A stretch of 64,000 nucleotides of DNA from an uncultured virus (IMG/VR IMGVR_UViG_3300025128_000024) (taxonomy: Duplodnaviria; Heunggongvirae; Uroviricota; Caudoviricetes): IMG/VR virus record IMGVR_UViG_3300025128_000024, one strand, 5' to 3'. The number at the start of each line of letters is the position of its first letter. The first letter of the stretch is position 1. Both the position numbers and the translations under genes were made by a program. Below, piece after piece: positions 19,701 to 26,792 of the stretch. Under the pieces are notes generated by a model. That model ran no database searches. It worked only from the letters and a program-made list of their open reading frames with translations, and was not told the origin of the DNA.

Positions 19701-20691
19701 CAATTTGCCTAAATCCACCAAGCTCTTCAGCTATTCTAACAAAGGCTAAATCACCTTGCTCCAAGTCTCCTAGTGCCTCACTTAATCTCTTGATAGCCTC
19801 AAACGGCCCGACGAACTTGCCCTCCACATCAGTCAATGAGACTCCTAGCTGTTCTAAGAACTTGATGGTTCTAGGACGTTGAATACGAGTGAAGATCGTC
19901 CTAAGACCTGTAGCGATGGATTCAGCGGATTCACGGGTTGTAGCTCTAACAGATGTAAACAGAGCTATAAGTTCATTCAAGTCACCACCGGCAGCTTTAA
20001 AGACACCACCAGTACGACGAATAACAGAGATTAGGTCGCCGGCCTCAACAGCAAACTGCCCGGCCACAGCGTTGATAGCACCAAGTTGGCCCGCTAGGGC
20101 AGACGCCCCTTTGCCAAACTGGTTGAATATAGCAATCGCGCCTTCTGCGGTCTTTGCCATATCTTCAAAGGTTGGAGCAAGGCTTGACTTAGCCAATGCA
20201 TCTAATGCTACTTTTGTTTCGTACGCAGTAAGACCAGCTTGAGATAGCTGGCGCGTCACATTTAATAACTCAGCTGAAGAAACACCAAGGCCAGTAGCTA
20301 GCCTTCTAATTTCAGCGGTTAAGTCGCTTAACTGGGCTACGGTCTTCCCAGTAACCTGAGCTACTTTAATAAGCTCACGTTCAAATTTAATAGCTTCATC
20401 TACAGCACCGCCAACCCCCTGAGTAAAGAGGCTAACAAATCTAGTAGCAACGGAGAAAGCGGCAAAACGCTTCAAAGAGCTCGCGAATGTTTTACCAAGT
20501 TGAAACGCAGCGGTATTAGCAGATTGAGTAGCCTTTGTCAGGTCTTTCATCTGTTTAGTAGCTTGCGCTGCACCTTTGGTCTGTACAGTGACAGTTACAT
20601 TGGAGAGCTGATTTTGAATTTGCTTTGCTACTTGCGCAACGTTGGTTGGCGCTTGTAGCTGTAGTTGTGCAGTCAGTACAAATCGTGACAT
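13738..20691 (-). CDS. Tail tape measure protein (2317 aa)
   Basis: TP901-like core (FERELIKVAQVTG...SAESIATGLRTIFTRI), Ala-rich helical repeats, glycine-zipper segment, three DTVPAMLTPGEFV motifs; downstream of tube and chaperone genes. Confidence 0.92.
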   Translation of the reverse strand: MSRFVLTAQLQLQAPTNVAQVAKQIQNQLSNVTVTVQTKGAAQATKQMKDLTKATQSANTAAFQLGKTFASSLKRFAAFSVATRFVSLFTQGVGGAVDEAIKFERELIKVAQVTGKTVAQLSDLTAEIRRLATGLGVSSAELLNVTRQLSQAGLTAYETKVALDALAKSSLAPTFEDMAKTAEGAIAIFNQFGKGASALAGQLGAINAVAGQFAVEAGDLISVIRRTGGVFKAAGGDLNELIALFTSVRATTRESAESIATGLRTIFTRIQRPRTIKFLEQLGVSLTDVEGKFVGPFEAIKRLSEALGDLEQGDLAFVRIAEELGGFRQIGKVIPLLQQFATAQEAYNTALAGSNSLSKDAEAAQDTLAVKLTKLREEFLATFRTITESTGFKIMADAAISLAKAILQISEALTPLLPLMTAFAGIKIAQGLGGFLAGAKAGGLGAVPKFASGGMVPGSGNRDTVPAMLTPGEFVIRKSSVQSLGADNLKQMNAKGYASGGTVKLKDNVSGAFFLRAKGKNEDFDPPVPTGKDITDTYKVTNQAALRGMGQQVNKIADFSKKGVAALLDSELGEGKGEQLHQAARTQNQKKDQKRSKLLAAQGSAWNTDALNTVLNEQGVDDKKKENILNKVATGKVEGVRPKSIRSGKMRAMFLGGQGSTASEALFEAIESATTSALEMGTKEISQSNAVSNFLKPIGGVIDPSDKTLQKAMKQIGDPKGGASESVQGFLLEGITGALTGADIAGGQTRFDFPDVSEVAERMGELYSGDFKTMKSADAKRTLNTKSKKSLLGKAYNTLQKPGDDWKDFWNVAPTQMNKGGSVSDTVPAMLTPGEFVVNKKAAQSIGPANLNRMNKRGVQGFAKGGPVGMFFGGGAGGAGVSGMGTAGGGMALLALLPALESGLTKLMGPSEDMSDGFMAAQAGLQTLVSSLMMTKGSLMFFAKETDNSTKSTEDNTKATEQETEEKKQTDQKMDISGQLSIYATGELIIKGITTVILHAAQVQMGKAAAASDPSAANKVDPMMAALSTSAPAASAPPNPQFDQATYDMLTTSLSGRATSLQTGEEHMGSAGVRMQSFEAAGQAGHYQQKADRQTALLSQTLGKESETRGQADAMRLIDPTKAAELTAEADKLADEAKQISENLEQFESMADAATAAMSTLEQALLDAAKEADMDLVQISGLSDPSISTGDLSSGTKVADVPPPEPPKITGKDILNKWAKSLGSLVTDGKQAFSEYWTDIFGEIQAEAAEAGAMLSTAWEKTGKVVVGGFSDFGTALKQGVMEEFELVFPGVASGIKKSAGKVVGNINIFGDQIRKTATDGSNKFSRGLAQAGVVVGDGIRNAGKLAKGAFDTVSQKITKSGSYLARKINEAANKISDGGGIKGALKKFGGGLKKFTVGLANVATTALSFAAAITSAAAAYTQAKFDKAVELGDYEGGMSMIDNNYQTQDINNRMGSAVSGAASGAALGATLGSVIPGIGTAVGGAIGAIGGGIVGFFKDDLMGMLGLGPSSDERKKKFREESEAKLAASDIEKNLAPKLREQLESFGSGGLSNEAGKNTLNETLATIGVFNERIAAIEKVDPQGAKALRDQQEKVAFGLAASIGSTAQSQGELDAAMAQLTAKFPELREKLENAAKSAQLVAEANRAQAKLRADLLVTSSVFGAATLAVGNFIGGLETGGNTWNATIATLEEAQKNIALGTAGTDAVEEARDRVNKQLGASGVGTDSAASQAINRQFDTLNTAAQFTSNLPSVLAGTQISKSDNEQVVKDNIQQTLLDAAGVSSDSEIGKIISGRVAQLTPEQITGLQSGTLQLSDVFKDLAGQVGQLGQGALEAAKALQAQEQLIINLTKERIAAERNLIDAQKQAVDLQLEAAQIAAEFGGASVTAEQRRNAAIEKFNLTAGRVGAGALTSGTGSDIRNASGALAGQFASLEMRSNRSGAFSGAAGLDADKRQEIVAAQKELVSVTKALIEADKQELNIIKQKNALEKSSLDALVSGDVDTFFKQQAAAQATQVLAAGGDASGFGGEALGAALENIRKQRQAGVTDIGGTNIRDVEARAAQAALASRGITDPRAAAMLTGQTQQEQEIEARIRERAGALGAIGENMVDMAQMQVQSAEMTIQSAQIKFNQGLAEAAGQFDVAGLARGGMVYASRGMFVPRGTDTVPAMLTPGEFVVNRASVNRGNNLQILRAMNNGTQSPAPATGDAAAMNQGGQVGYYNNGGLAAGGVDASILEGLNAFNTAFAQNIANLQNTRFQIKLDTTNVVVTLNGGSFLNSMKEEVKTELLAEVGNQISNLKFTAAGDAKVNKSVLTP

Positions 20692-20721
20692 TTTTATCTT
20701 TCTAAGCGACTACACTATCTA

Positions 20722-21600
20722 TTAACTTTCCGTTTTGTCTTCGGCTTCTTCAGTTTCTTCAGGTACGGTTTCTTCTTTAGGTTCAACTGCCAATTTGACA
20801 GCTTTGCCATTTTCATGCGTGTATGTTAACTGAGGGATGTAGTTACCATCTGCGTCCAGAGGGTTACCATCAATATCCACTCTACTACCATCACTAGCTA
20901 TATATTGACCAAGATCATTGATTAATCTTCCTTCAGTATCAACTCTATTACCATCCTTATTAACTAAAGCCAAATCATCATTTACCAGATTAGCTTTAAG
21001 TAAGAATTGATTTTCAGGTAGTTTTTCCTCAAAGTCTTTGTCTAGAGAATACATTAGGGCAGCTAATGTGGCAGCCGCGCCAAATGCGATTGGATCTTCA
21101 CTCTTATCATTGTATTCTTCAAGAGAATTATACACATTTTTTCCGTCTTCATAGAAGGTACAATTTGCCACTAAATAGTCAAACTTAGCGTTTTCTGACA
21201 GACTTTCGGCGGTATTACCTTCTAACTCAATTTTCTGAGCTAGTAGATCTCTAAGTTCAAGTCTCTTTTTTCTCATCTTAAAAGCTATATCTTTAGCTTG
21301 AGATAACTTCATCTTTGAGCCTTTTTTACCAAGGTAAAGCTTTTTCTCCAGATCTCTTAGGTCAGCAATGATAGAGTCCTGCGACTCTTGTTTAGCTTTA
21401 TCCCACATACCGTTTGACTTCATCACTACCTCAAGTTCTTTCTTGGTCATGATTCCATCGCGGATACAGTCTGTCCAGACTTTAGCGCCAATCCTTTGAG
21501 CTTCGCCTGAAACCCTGTTGGTAGGTTTTCTCACTACAACCTTGACTTTCTTTCCGCCATCCAATGTAACTTCCACAGTTTTCTGTTTTTCTTTTGCCAT
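20722..21600 (-). CDS. Probable tail assembly chaperone (292 aa)
   Basis: Immediately upstream of TMP; charged helical protein with GGAGG RBS. Confidence 0.55.
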   Translation of the reverse strand: MAKEKQKTVEVTLDGGKKVKVVVRKPTNRVSGEAQRIGAKVWTDCIRDGIMTKKELEVVMKSNGMWDKAKQESQDSIIADLRDLEKKLYLGKKGSKMKLSQAKDIAFKMRKKRLELRDLLAQKIELEGNTAESLSENAKFDYLVANCTFYEDGKNVYNSLEEYNDKSEDPIAFGAAATLAALMYSLDKDFEEKLPENQFLLKANLVNDDLALVNKDGNRVDTEGRLINDLGQYIASDGSRVDIDGNPLDADGNYIPQLTYTHENGKAVKLAVEPKEETVPEETEEAEDKTES

Positions 21601-21612
21601 CTTTAATCCTCC

Positions 21613-21972
21613 TTAGCTGTCTTTTCTAATGACAGGCATTTTAATAGTATATTTAAGCCACTTCACATCATACTGAGATAATTCAGCGTCAACATTTCTG
21701 GCCTGAGTATTACCTTTATCCAATATTTCTGATCTAATCTTTTGATATAGATCTTTCATGTATATCTGATCTTCTGTTAGAGCTTCATTATCTTTGTGAC
21801 TCCATAGAAAACCTAAGTTTTCTTCTATACTGCTTAAAGCCCCAATCATAGTTGTCTCTATCTTCTTTTTAAGAATCTTTGAAAGTCTATCTTTTGAGTC
21901 AACTTTGTATTGATCCTCCCTCTGCTGTTTGTAGTCAGCTTTTTCTCTTAAAGCATCAAAATGATCCTCCAT
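21613..21972 (-). CDS. Hypothetical protein (119 aa), tail assembly region
   Basis: ORF with AGGAGG RBS, between tube and TMP genes. Confidence 0.65.
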   Translation of the reverse strand: MEDHFDALREKADYKQQREDQYKVDSKDRLSKILKKKIETTMIGALSSIEENLGFLWSHKDNEALTEDQIYMKDLYQKIRSEILDKGNTQARNVDAELSQYDVKWLKYTIKMPVIRKDS

Positions 21973-21983
21973 ATCTTATCCTC

Positions 21984-23027
21984 CTATTTCCTAAATTTAT
22001 TTTTAAACATCTTACCCTGTTGGGCTCTAATGCCTATCTTTTCGTCAAAGAATTCGTTTTGCTGTGCGGTACCTCTTGCTCCTACCAACGCCTCCCTCTG
22101 TTTTTTGAACATCGAGGACGTGGTATTATTCATTTTCTCTATCTTATCTTTACGCTTATCATTATCTGCTATCATATAAACTTCATGAGAGTTTTTGATT
22201 TTTTCGTTGGTGAGCTCGCCAGTCATCTCCGCCTCTAGCTTTTCTTGCTCTCTCTTTTCTTTTTGTACTACAAACCAGCCATCTAGAACATCATCATCTT
22301 TAATAACTTCTTCTGAGGGGCACTCTAGATGCTCTTGTATATTATCGTACATTGTTGACCAAATTAGTATGCTTTTTTGATCTTGTGTTAGGTCTCTATC
22401 TTTATTATTAAATAACATATTTTCTGACTTGCCGTATACAGACCACGTAGACTTCCAAGGCTCTTCTCTAGCTATTTCTCTTAATTCCTTTTCACTTAAC
22501 GATGATGTTTGGTATTGAGAAGAAACAAAATCAACTGTCATATCCTCAAAGCCATAAGGTTCTCCATTTACCGTAGTACAGCAGTTTTTTATTATGAACT
22601 TATATTTTGCCGCTAAAGCCAAGCCTTCACATGTATTAAGTGTATACTCAGCTTTTTTCATAGCTAAGTCAGTATATCCCTGTTCTCCTGCTCTTATATA
22701 TAACCTTATTCTTTCTCTTAATCTTTCATTATCTCTATTGCTATATATCTCTTTTCTTAGTCTTTTTATGTCCTCCTGTATGCCCTCCATACGCTGATCT
22801 TCTTCATAAGACCAAAGGCCGTGGTCTATCATCCATTCTTCCATCTGATCCTGAGTCATCATGCCTTCGTGTAAAGCTTTGTCATATGCAGACATGGCCA
22901 ACCTTCCAGCTTCTAAACTTTGTATCATAGTTGGCGCATGTACATATACAGTAGCGTGATTGTTGGCAACCGGGACTATTCCACTTCTTATCCTAGCAAC
23001 AAAAAACTCCCGCTCATGCTGTTTCAT
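21984..23027 (-). CDS. Hypothetical protein, possible tail assembly chaperone (347 aa)
   Basis: Follows the tail tube gene; helical; shares a 'GxMTxxx(M/L)ExxMxxxG(L/M)W' segment with the 292-aa protein. Confidence 0.55.
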   Translation of the reverse strand: MKQHEREFFVARIRSGIVPVANNHATVYVHAPTMIQSLEAGRLAMSAYDKALHEGMMTQDQMEEWMIDHGLWSYEEDQRMEGIQEDIKRLRKEIYSNRDNERLRERIRLYIRAGEQGYTDLAMKKAEYTLNTCEGLALAAKYKFIIKNCCTTVNGEPYGFEDMTVDFVSSQYQTSSLSEKELREIAREEPWKSTWSVYGKSENMLFNNKDRDLTQDQKSILIWSTMYDNIQEHLECPSEEVIKDDDVLDGWFVVQKEKREQEKLEAEMTGELTNEKIKNSHEVYMIADNDKRKDKIEKMNNTTSSMFKKQREALVGARGTAQQNEFFDEKIGIRAQQGKMFKNKFRK

Positions 23028-23152
23028 ATCGAGACCTCATGAGGGGAGTATTGTACATAAAATTGTTTCCTTCCTAAGCTGCGCCAAACACTCGCTTTCC
23101 TAAATAGCTATCGCAAAAGGCGCCGCAGTTCCAAAGTCAAAAGCCGACTTTA

Positions 23153-24376
23153 TTAGCCTGCTAACTTCAAGACACCACTTTGATTTGGTGAGTAATTCAA
23201 AGTACCAGCGCCTCCGTTGCCGATTAAAGCTGGGTCACCACTATGGCAAACAGTCAGCTCATTAAAGTTAGTGTAACTATAACTAATAGTAGCATTACCA
23301 CCAGTAGCGTCACCACCACCATAGCTTACGGATGAAAGCCTGTTGTTAAATCCACAGTCAAACATAATACCGCCTCTAAGTGTCAGCACAATACCTTCTT
23401 CTGCCGTGCTGTCACCAGATGCGTTTGTGTTAAACAGGTCTGGGTCACCAGTTTCATAAGCACCAATAAAGTCACCAGAAACAGCAATAGCTTCAATTTC
23501 TGTTGTAACTTCAATTGGGAAGTTAGCTGGTCTATGGTAAGGAGCTTTACGTCCAAGCTCCAAGATGTCTTCACGACCAAAGTCAGTGCTCACAGAGAAA
23601 TTCTGCAAGTGGACAAGAGGAACCTTGTTAGTGTCATCGTAAACATTACCAGTGTCAGTATAGGCTTGACTTGTTCCAGCGTTAATAACACCGTGAAGGT
23701 TACCAAGCAAACTCAAAGGCATGATTGATCTATCAAGCATAACGTTTTCACGTCGTTGAACACCACCAGATCCACCTGCGAGTGCCAATGGAGAGTCCGT
23801 TGTGCCGCCGGCGTTGTTAGCACCAAAAGCCTGACCCGCAACAGCCGTATGGGTAGTGCTGAAGGTTTTGAGGTCACTAGCTGGAGTAGAGTCTGGCCAT
23901 GAAATCCACTCTTTGTGGTTTCCAACAAGCGTGACTGACTCTGTTGCGTTTCCATCAACAGGAACAGTGTAGCTGATACTGTTAATATACATACCAGACA
24001 TATAAACCGTAGTTGACGGTTTTGTTTGGCTGTCATTAATAGAGTCTTGACCATCACTGTAAATACCAAGTGCAACGTCTGCTCTAGGTTTACTTCTACC
24101 AACCAGACCTGCGGACTCAGCTTGCGCAGAAGCTAAATGGTAAAGCAACGGATAACCGTCAATCACTTTTTCCATCGTAACTTCAACGTCTGGAAGACCT
24201 TCGATGTTTTCGTAAATTTGAATCTGACCAAGCTCAAAAGCCTGTTCTAGATTAAAGTTTGTTGTAATACCTACACTTTGCACACCGTGAGCAACCTTGT
24301 ACTCAGCGTTTGTGCCCGCCATTGGTTTCATGGCTACGGCTTGGCAAGCGTAGAAAATTCTATTATTAGCGGCCAT
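23153..24376 (-). CDS. Major tail tube protein (407 aa, internally duplicated)
   Basis: Position after the connector genes, strong AGGAGA RBS, own late-promoter motif, tube-like motifs VQSVGITTNFNLEQAFELG and LQNFSVSTDFGREDILELG. Confidence 0.75.
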   Translation of the reverse strand: MAANNRIFYACQAVAMKPMAGTNAEYKVAHGVQSVGITTNFNLEQAFELGQIQIYENIEGLPDVEVTMEKVIDGYPLLYHLASAQAESAGLVGRSKPRADVALGIYSDGQDSINDSQTKPSTTVYMSGMYINSISYTVPVDGNATESVTLVGNHKEWISWPDSTPASDLKTFSTTHTAVAGQAFGANNAGGTTDSPLALAGGSGGVQRRENVMLDRSIMPLSLLGNLHGVINAGTSQAYTDTGNVYDDTNKVPLVHLQNFSVSTDFGREDILELGRKAPYHRPANFPIEVTTEIEAIAVSGDFIGAYETGDPDLFNTNASGDSTAEEGIVLTLRGGIMFDCGFNNRLSSVSYGGGDATGGNATISYSYTNFNELTVCHSGDPALIGNGGAGTLNYSPNQSGVLKLAG

Positions 24377-24413
24377 TTCTTTTCTCTCCTAAGTAGAAAG
24401 TATTGTCTAATTT

Positions 24414-24423
24414 ATTATACACA
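24414..24423 (-). promoter_or_regulatory. Putative late promoter TGTGTATAAT upstream of the tail tube gene
   Basis: Same motif recurs in several minus-strand intergenic gaps. Confidence 0.65.
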
Positions 24424-24426
24424 AAA

Positions 24427-25398
24427 TTATATATTTAAGTTGATTACTTCAGTGGTTATCTTAACGATTCCACCGTACATATTGCTATTTATCATGTCCA
24501 TCCCCTGAACAGAGGGATCTATAAGCCTTATAAATGTTCCCCTATGCTTTTCAGCAAGATCAGGGAAAGCTAAAGCTCCAGAAACTGGTGCTCCTCTATA
24601 ATCAATGGGGAAATCACCACTTCTAGCAACAACATTGCTATCATAAGTGCCAATTTTTTTATCCGATTGGAATGAGACTATATCCACTAATTCGTTTCTA
24701 GTCATCTCATTTTCAGCAATACAGTGGAATAATACGTCTGTATAAACCCACTGGCCGCCGCCAAGCGCATAACCCCTAAGCGTCCTTCTAGGAACAATTT
24801 CTACGGCTATAGCTGGTAGCTGTAACCTAGTTTCTGGCGGAGTGTCCCATTCTCCTTTTCCTGCCTGAAGAAAACTGGAGTTAAGATCAAGCGATCTGTA
24901 CTGCACTTCTCTCAGCCAAGGGATGCTGTTGGCATACACCACATTTATCCACTTATAGCTAAACTCAGCTTGAACCTTGCTACCTGTTGGTATTGCCGTG
25001 TCAAAAACTACTTGACCGTTAAAATAGTCAACATGGTGAGCATAAGCCCCTGCTGTGTCGCTAGGATAAAAGGTGTCGTCAACATAAACACCAGATATGC
25101 CCGGTTTAGCGTTGTTCGTTCCCACTATGGGAGACGTACTATAATTGACCCCACTTTGCCAAACCCAGTTTCCTCTAAAACCTTCCCAAACTTGTCCTGC
25201 TGTGTAATTAGGATCTGAAGACAGGCGAAGCCTGCTATAGTCGTCTCCGCCGGGAGACTGTTCACCTAAATCCACATTAAAATAGTTTCCTTTATTAAGC
25301 AAAGCCCAATCAAAGAATTCTATTATGTTGTCTTGTATATGATTATTAAGGTTTAGGTCTGTTACACGATTAAAACCCTTTAAGTCAAACTCGCCCAT
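24427..25398 (-). CDS. Putative tail terminator/completion protein (323 aa)
   Basis: Immediately precedes the tube gene; C-terminal 'LPAIAVE...YTDVLFHCIAE..TRNELVDIV' resembles tail-terminator proteins. Confidence 0.55.
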   Translation of the reverse strand: MGEFDLKGFNRVTDLNLNNHIQDNIIEFFDWALLNKGNYFNVDLGEQSPGGDDYSRLRLSSDPNYTAGQVWEGFRGNWVWQSGVNYSTSPIVGTNNAKPGISGVYVDDTFYPSDTAGAYAHHVDYFNGQVVFDTAIPTGSKVQAEFSYKWINVVYANSIPWLREVQYRSLDLNSSFLQAGKGEWDTPPETRLQLPAIAVEIVPRRTLRGYALGGGQWVYTDVLFHCIAENEMTRNELVDIVSFQSDKKIGTYDSNVVARSGDFPIDYRGAPVSGALAFPDLAEKHRGTFIRLIDPSVQGMDMINSNMYGGIVKITTEVINLNI

Positions 25399-25407
25399 CT
25401 TAAACCT

Positions 25408-26043
25408 TTACTTACCTAATAATTGACCAAATAAATCTTGTACTTCTTTTTCTCTACCAGAAAAAGCTCTTGTAATAAAGTTATTTTCGTCTGTACCTGA
25501 AAATTGAGGAGGAACTCTCCAAGATTGGGCGTTTGCCATCATAACACCACCTCTTGACCTACCAGCTTTTCCCGGCACGTATTGGTAACCTATGACAATT
25601 GGCTTGGCACCTTCTCTAAGTAACCATCTTAACCAGTGCAAACTTTGTCCTTTTTCTGTATTCACAAAGCCTTGCGGTAAGGCTAGCAAGTTAACAAAAT
25701 CTGAAGGCTGGAAATTAATGTGAAGCTTTCCATGTAGTTTATTATCAAACCTTGTTAATTGTACTGTAGTAGATTCAACTATAGAATTTACTATAGAGTT
25801 AACTACAGACTGCTCTTGTCCCTTTTGAACACCTAGTTGAGCCGCCAGAGATCCTTGTCCGCCAATACTTATGCTAGCTATCTCAGGTTGCTCCATTATA
25901 CATTTTCTAACAAAAAACTTTGCTTTGTTTTCAAATTTAGTTTTATTACCAGTTACAGCCTTGTTTAACTCTGCAGCTAAAGCCGCATTTACTTTTTGTT
26001 GAATTGTTGCCGCTGTATCCAGAAGCTTAATGCTGATGTTCAT
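25408..26043 (-). CDS. Putative neck/tail-completion protein (about 211 aa)
   Basis: Start moved to MNISIKL (TAATG overlap with the upstream stop); located in the head-tail connector block. Confidence 0.5.
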   Translation of the reverse strand: MNISIKLLDTAATIQQKVNAALAAELNKAVTGNKTKFENKAKFFVRKCIMEQPEIASISIGGQGSLAAQLGVQKGQEQSVVNSIVNSIVESTTVQLTRFDNKLHGKLHINFQPSDFVNLLALPQGFVNTEKGQSLHWLRWLLREGAKPIVIGYQYVPGKAGRSRGGVMMANAQSWRVPPQFSGTDENNFITRAFSGREKEVQDLFGQLLGK

Positions 26044-26528
26044 TAAGCACGCTCCCAAAAGCAAGCAACGTATCTGTTTTGCTTCAGACCCATAGGGTAA
26101 TATTCGCCTGCTCTTTTAAATCTTATTTCACCGTAATCCTCTATATCTTTATGAACTATTAGCTCTTTTGCCCTAAGTATTTTAGGAAGATCTGTCATAT
26201 ATGATATAGTTTGTATTGAATTATCTGGAACAACAATGTCGTTGGAAACTTTAATCCAAGCTCTATTATCCCAATATACTTTTAATTTAATGTCCTCCGT
26301 CTTTTCGACCTCTTTTAATACCACTTCTTCTCTACGATATGCGGGATTTCCCCCACCTCTCCTGTGCGCACTAATTGAGTTGTGCGTAGGAAGATTATCA
26401 TATGAAGTAGATATTTCCTCTACAGTCTCGACATACACTAGTTTGCAAGTAACGCCAAATATTGTAAATGTGGAATCAATTACATCATAGTATTTATCAA
26501 AAACACTCTGAGGCACATTAATAGGCAT
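26043..26528 (-). CDS. Putative head-closure/head-tail joining protein (161 aa)
   Basis: Size, beta-rich C-terminus and position in the connector block; AGGAG RBS. Confidence 0.5.
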   Translation of the reverse strand: MPINVPQSVFDKYYDVIDSTFTIFGVTCKLVYVETVEEISTSYDNLPTHNSISAHRRGGGNPAYRREEVVLKEVEKTEDIKLKVYWDNRAWIKVSNDIVVPDNSIQTISYMTDLPKILRAKELIVHKDIEDYGEIRFKRAGEYYPMGLKQNRYVACFWERA

Positions 26529-26538
26529 TTCTTACTCC

Positions 26539-26742
26539 TTAGTTATTCGTATCGCCTGTATAGTATCTTGGGTCGTCGAATCTGTCACCGTACCTATTGT
26601 ACAAAGTGCCGGAGCCTACGAAAGAATTAAGTTCTGGATTTAGGACTTGTATACGTCCTGTTTGGGTTACAAATGTGATAGCGCCGCCATTGCTGTAGGC
26701 GGTATCAACATAAGACCCAGATGTTGCTACATCCCAACTCAT
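26539..26742 (-). CDS. Small hypothetical virion protein (67 aa)
   Basis: GGAGAG RBS; fills the gap between genes. Confidence 0.65.
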   Translation of the reverse strand: MSWDVATSGSYVDTAYSNGGAITFVTQTGRIQVLNPELNSFVGSGTLYNRYGDRFDDPRYYTGDTNN

Positions 26743-26792
26743 TTTTACTCTCCAAAAAAAGTTTAGTTATTTAATAATTTCCAAATGTTTTA

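Noticed and set aside
21984..22020. Possible -1 frameshift (TTTAAAA) at the end of the 347-aa gene, as in tail chaperones
   Set aside because: The heptamer is not in the X XXY YYZ phase, and the next gene has its own strong RBS
20722..26528. Contractile tail sheath gene
   Set aside because: No ORF of suitable size or motif around the tube gene
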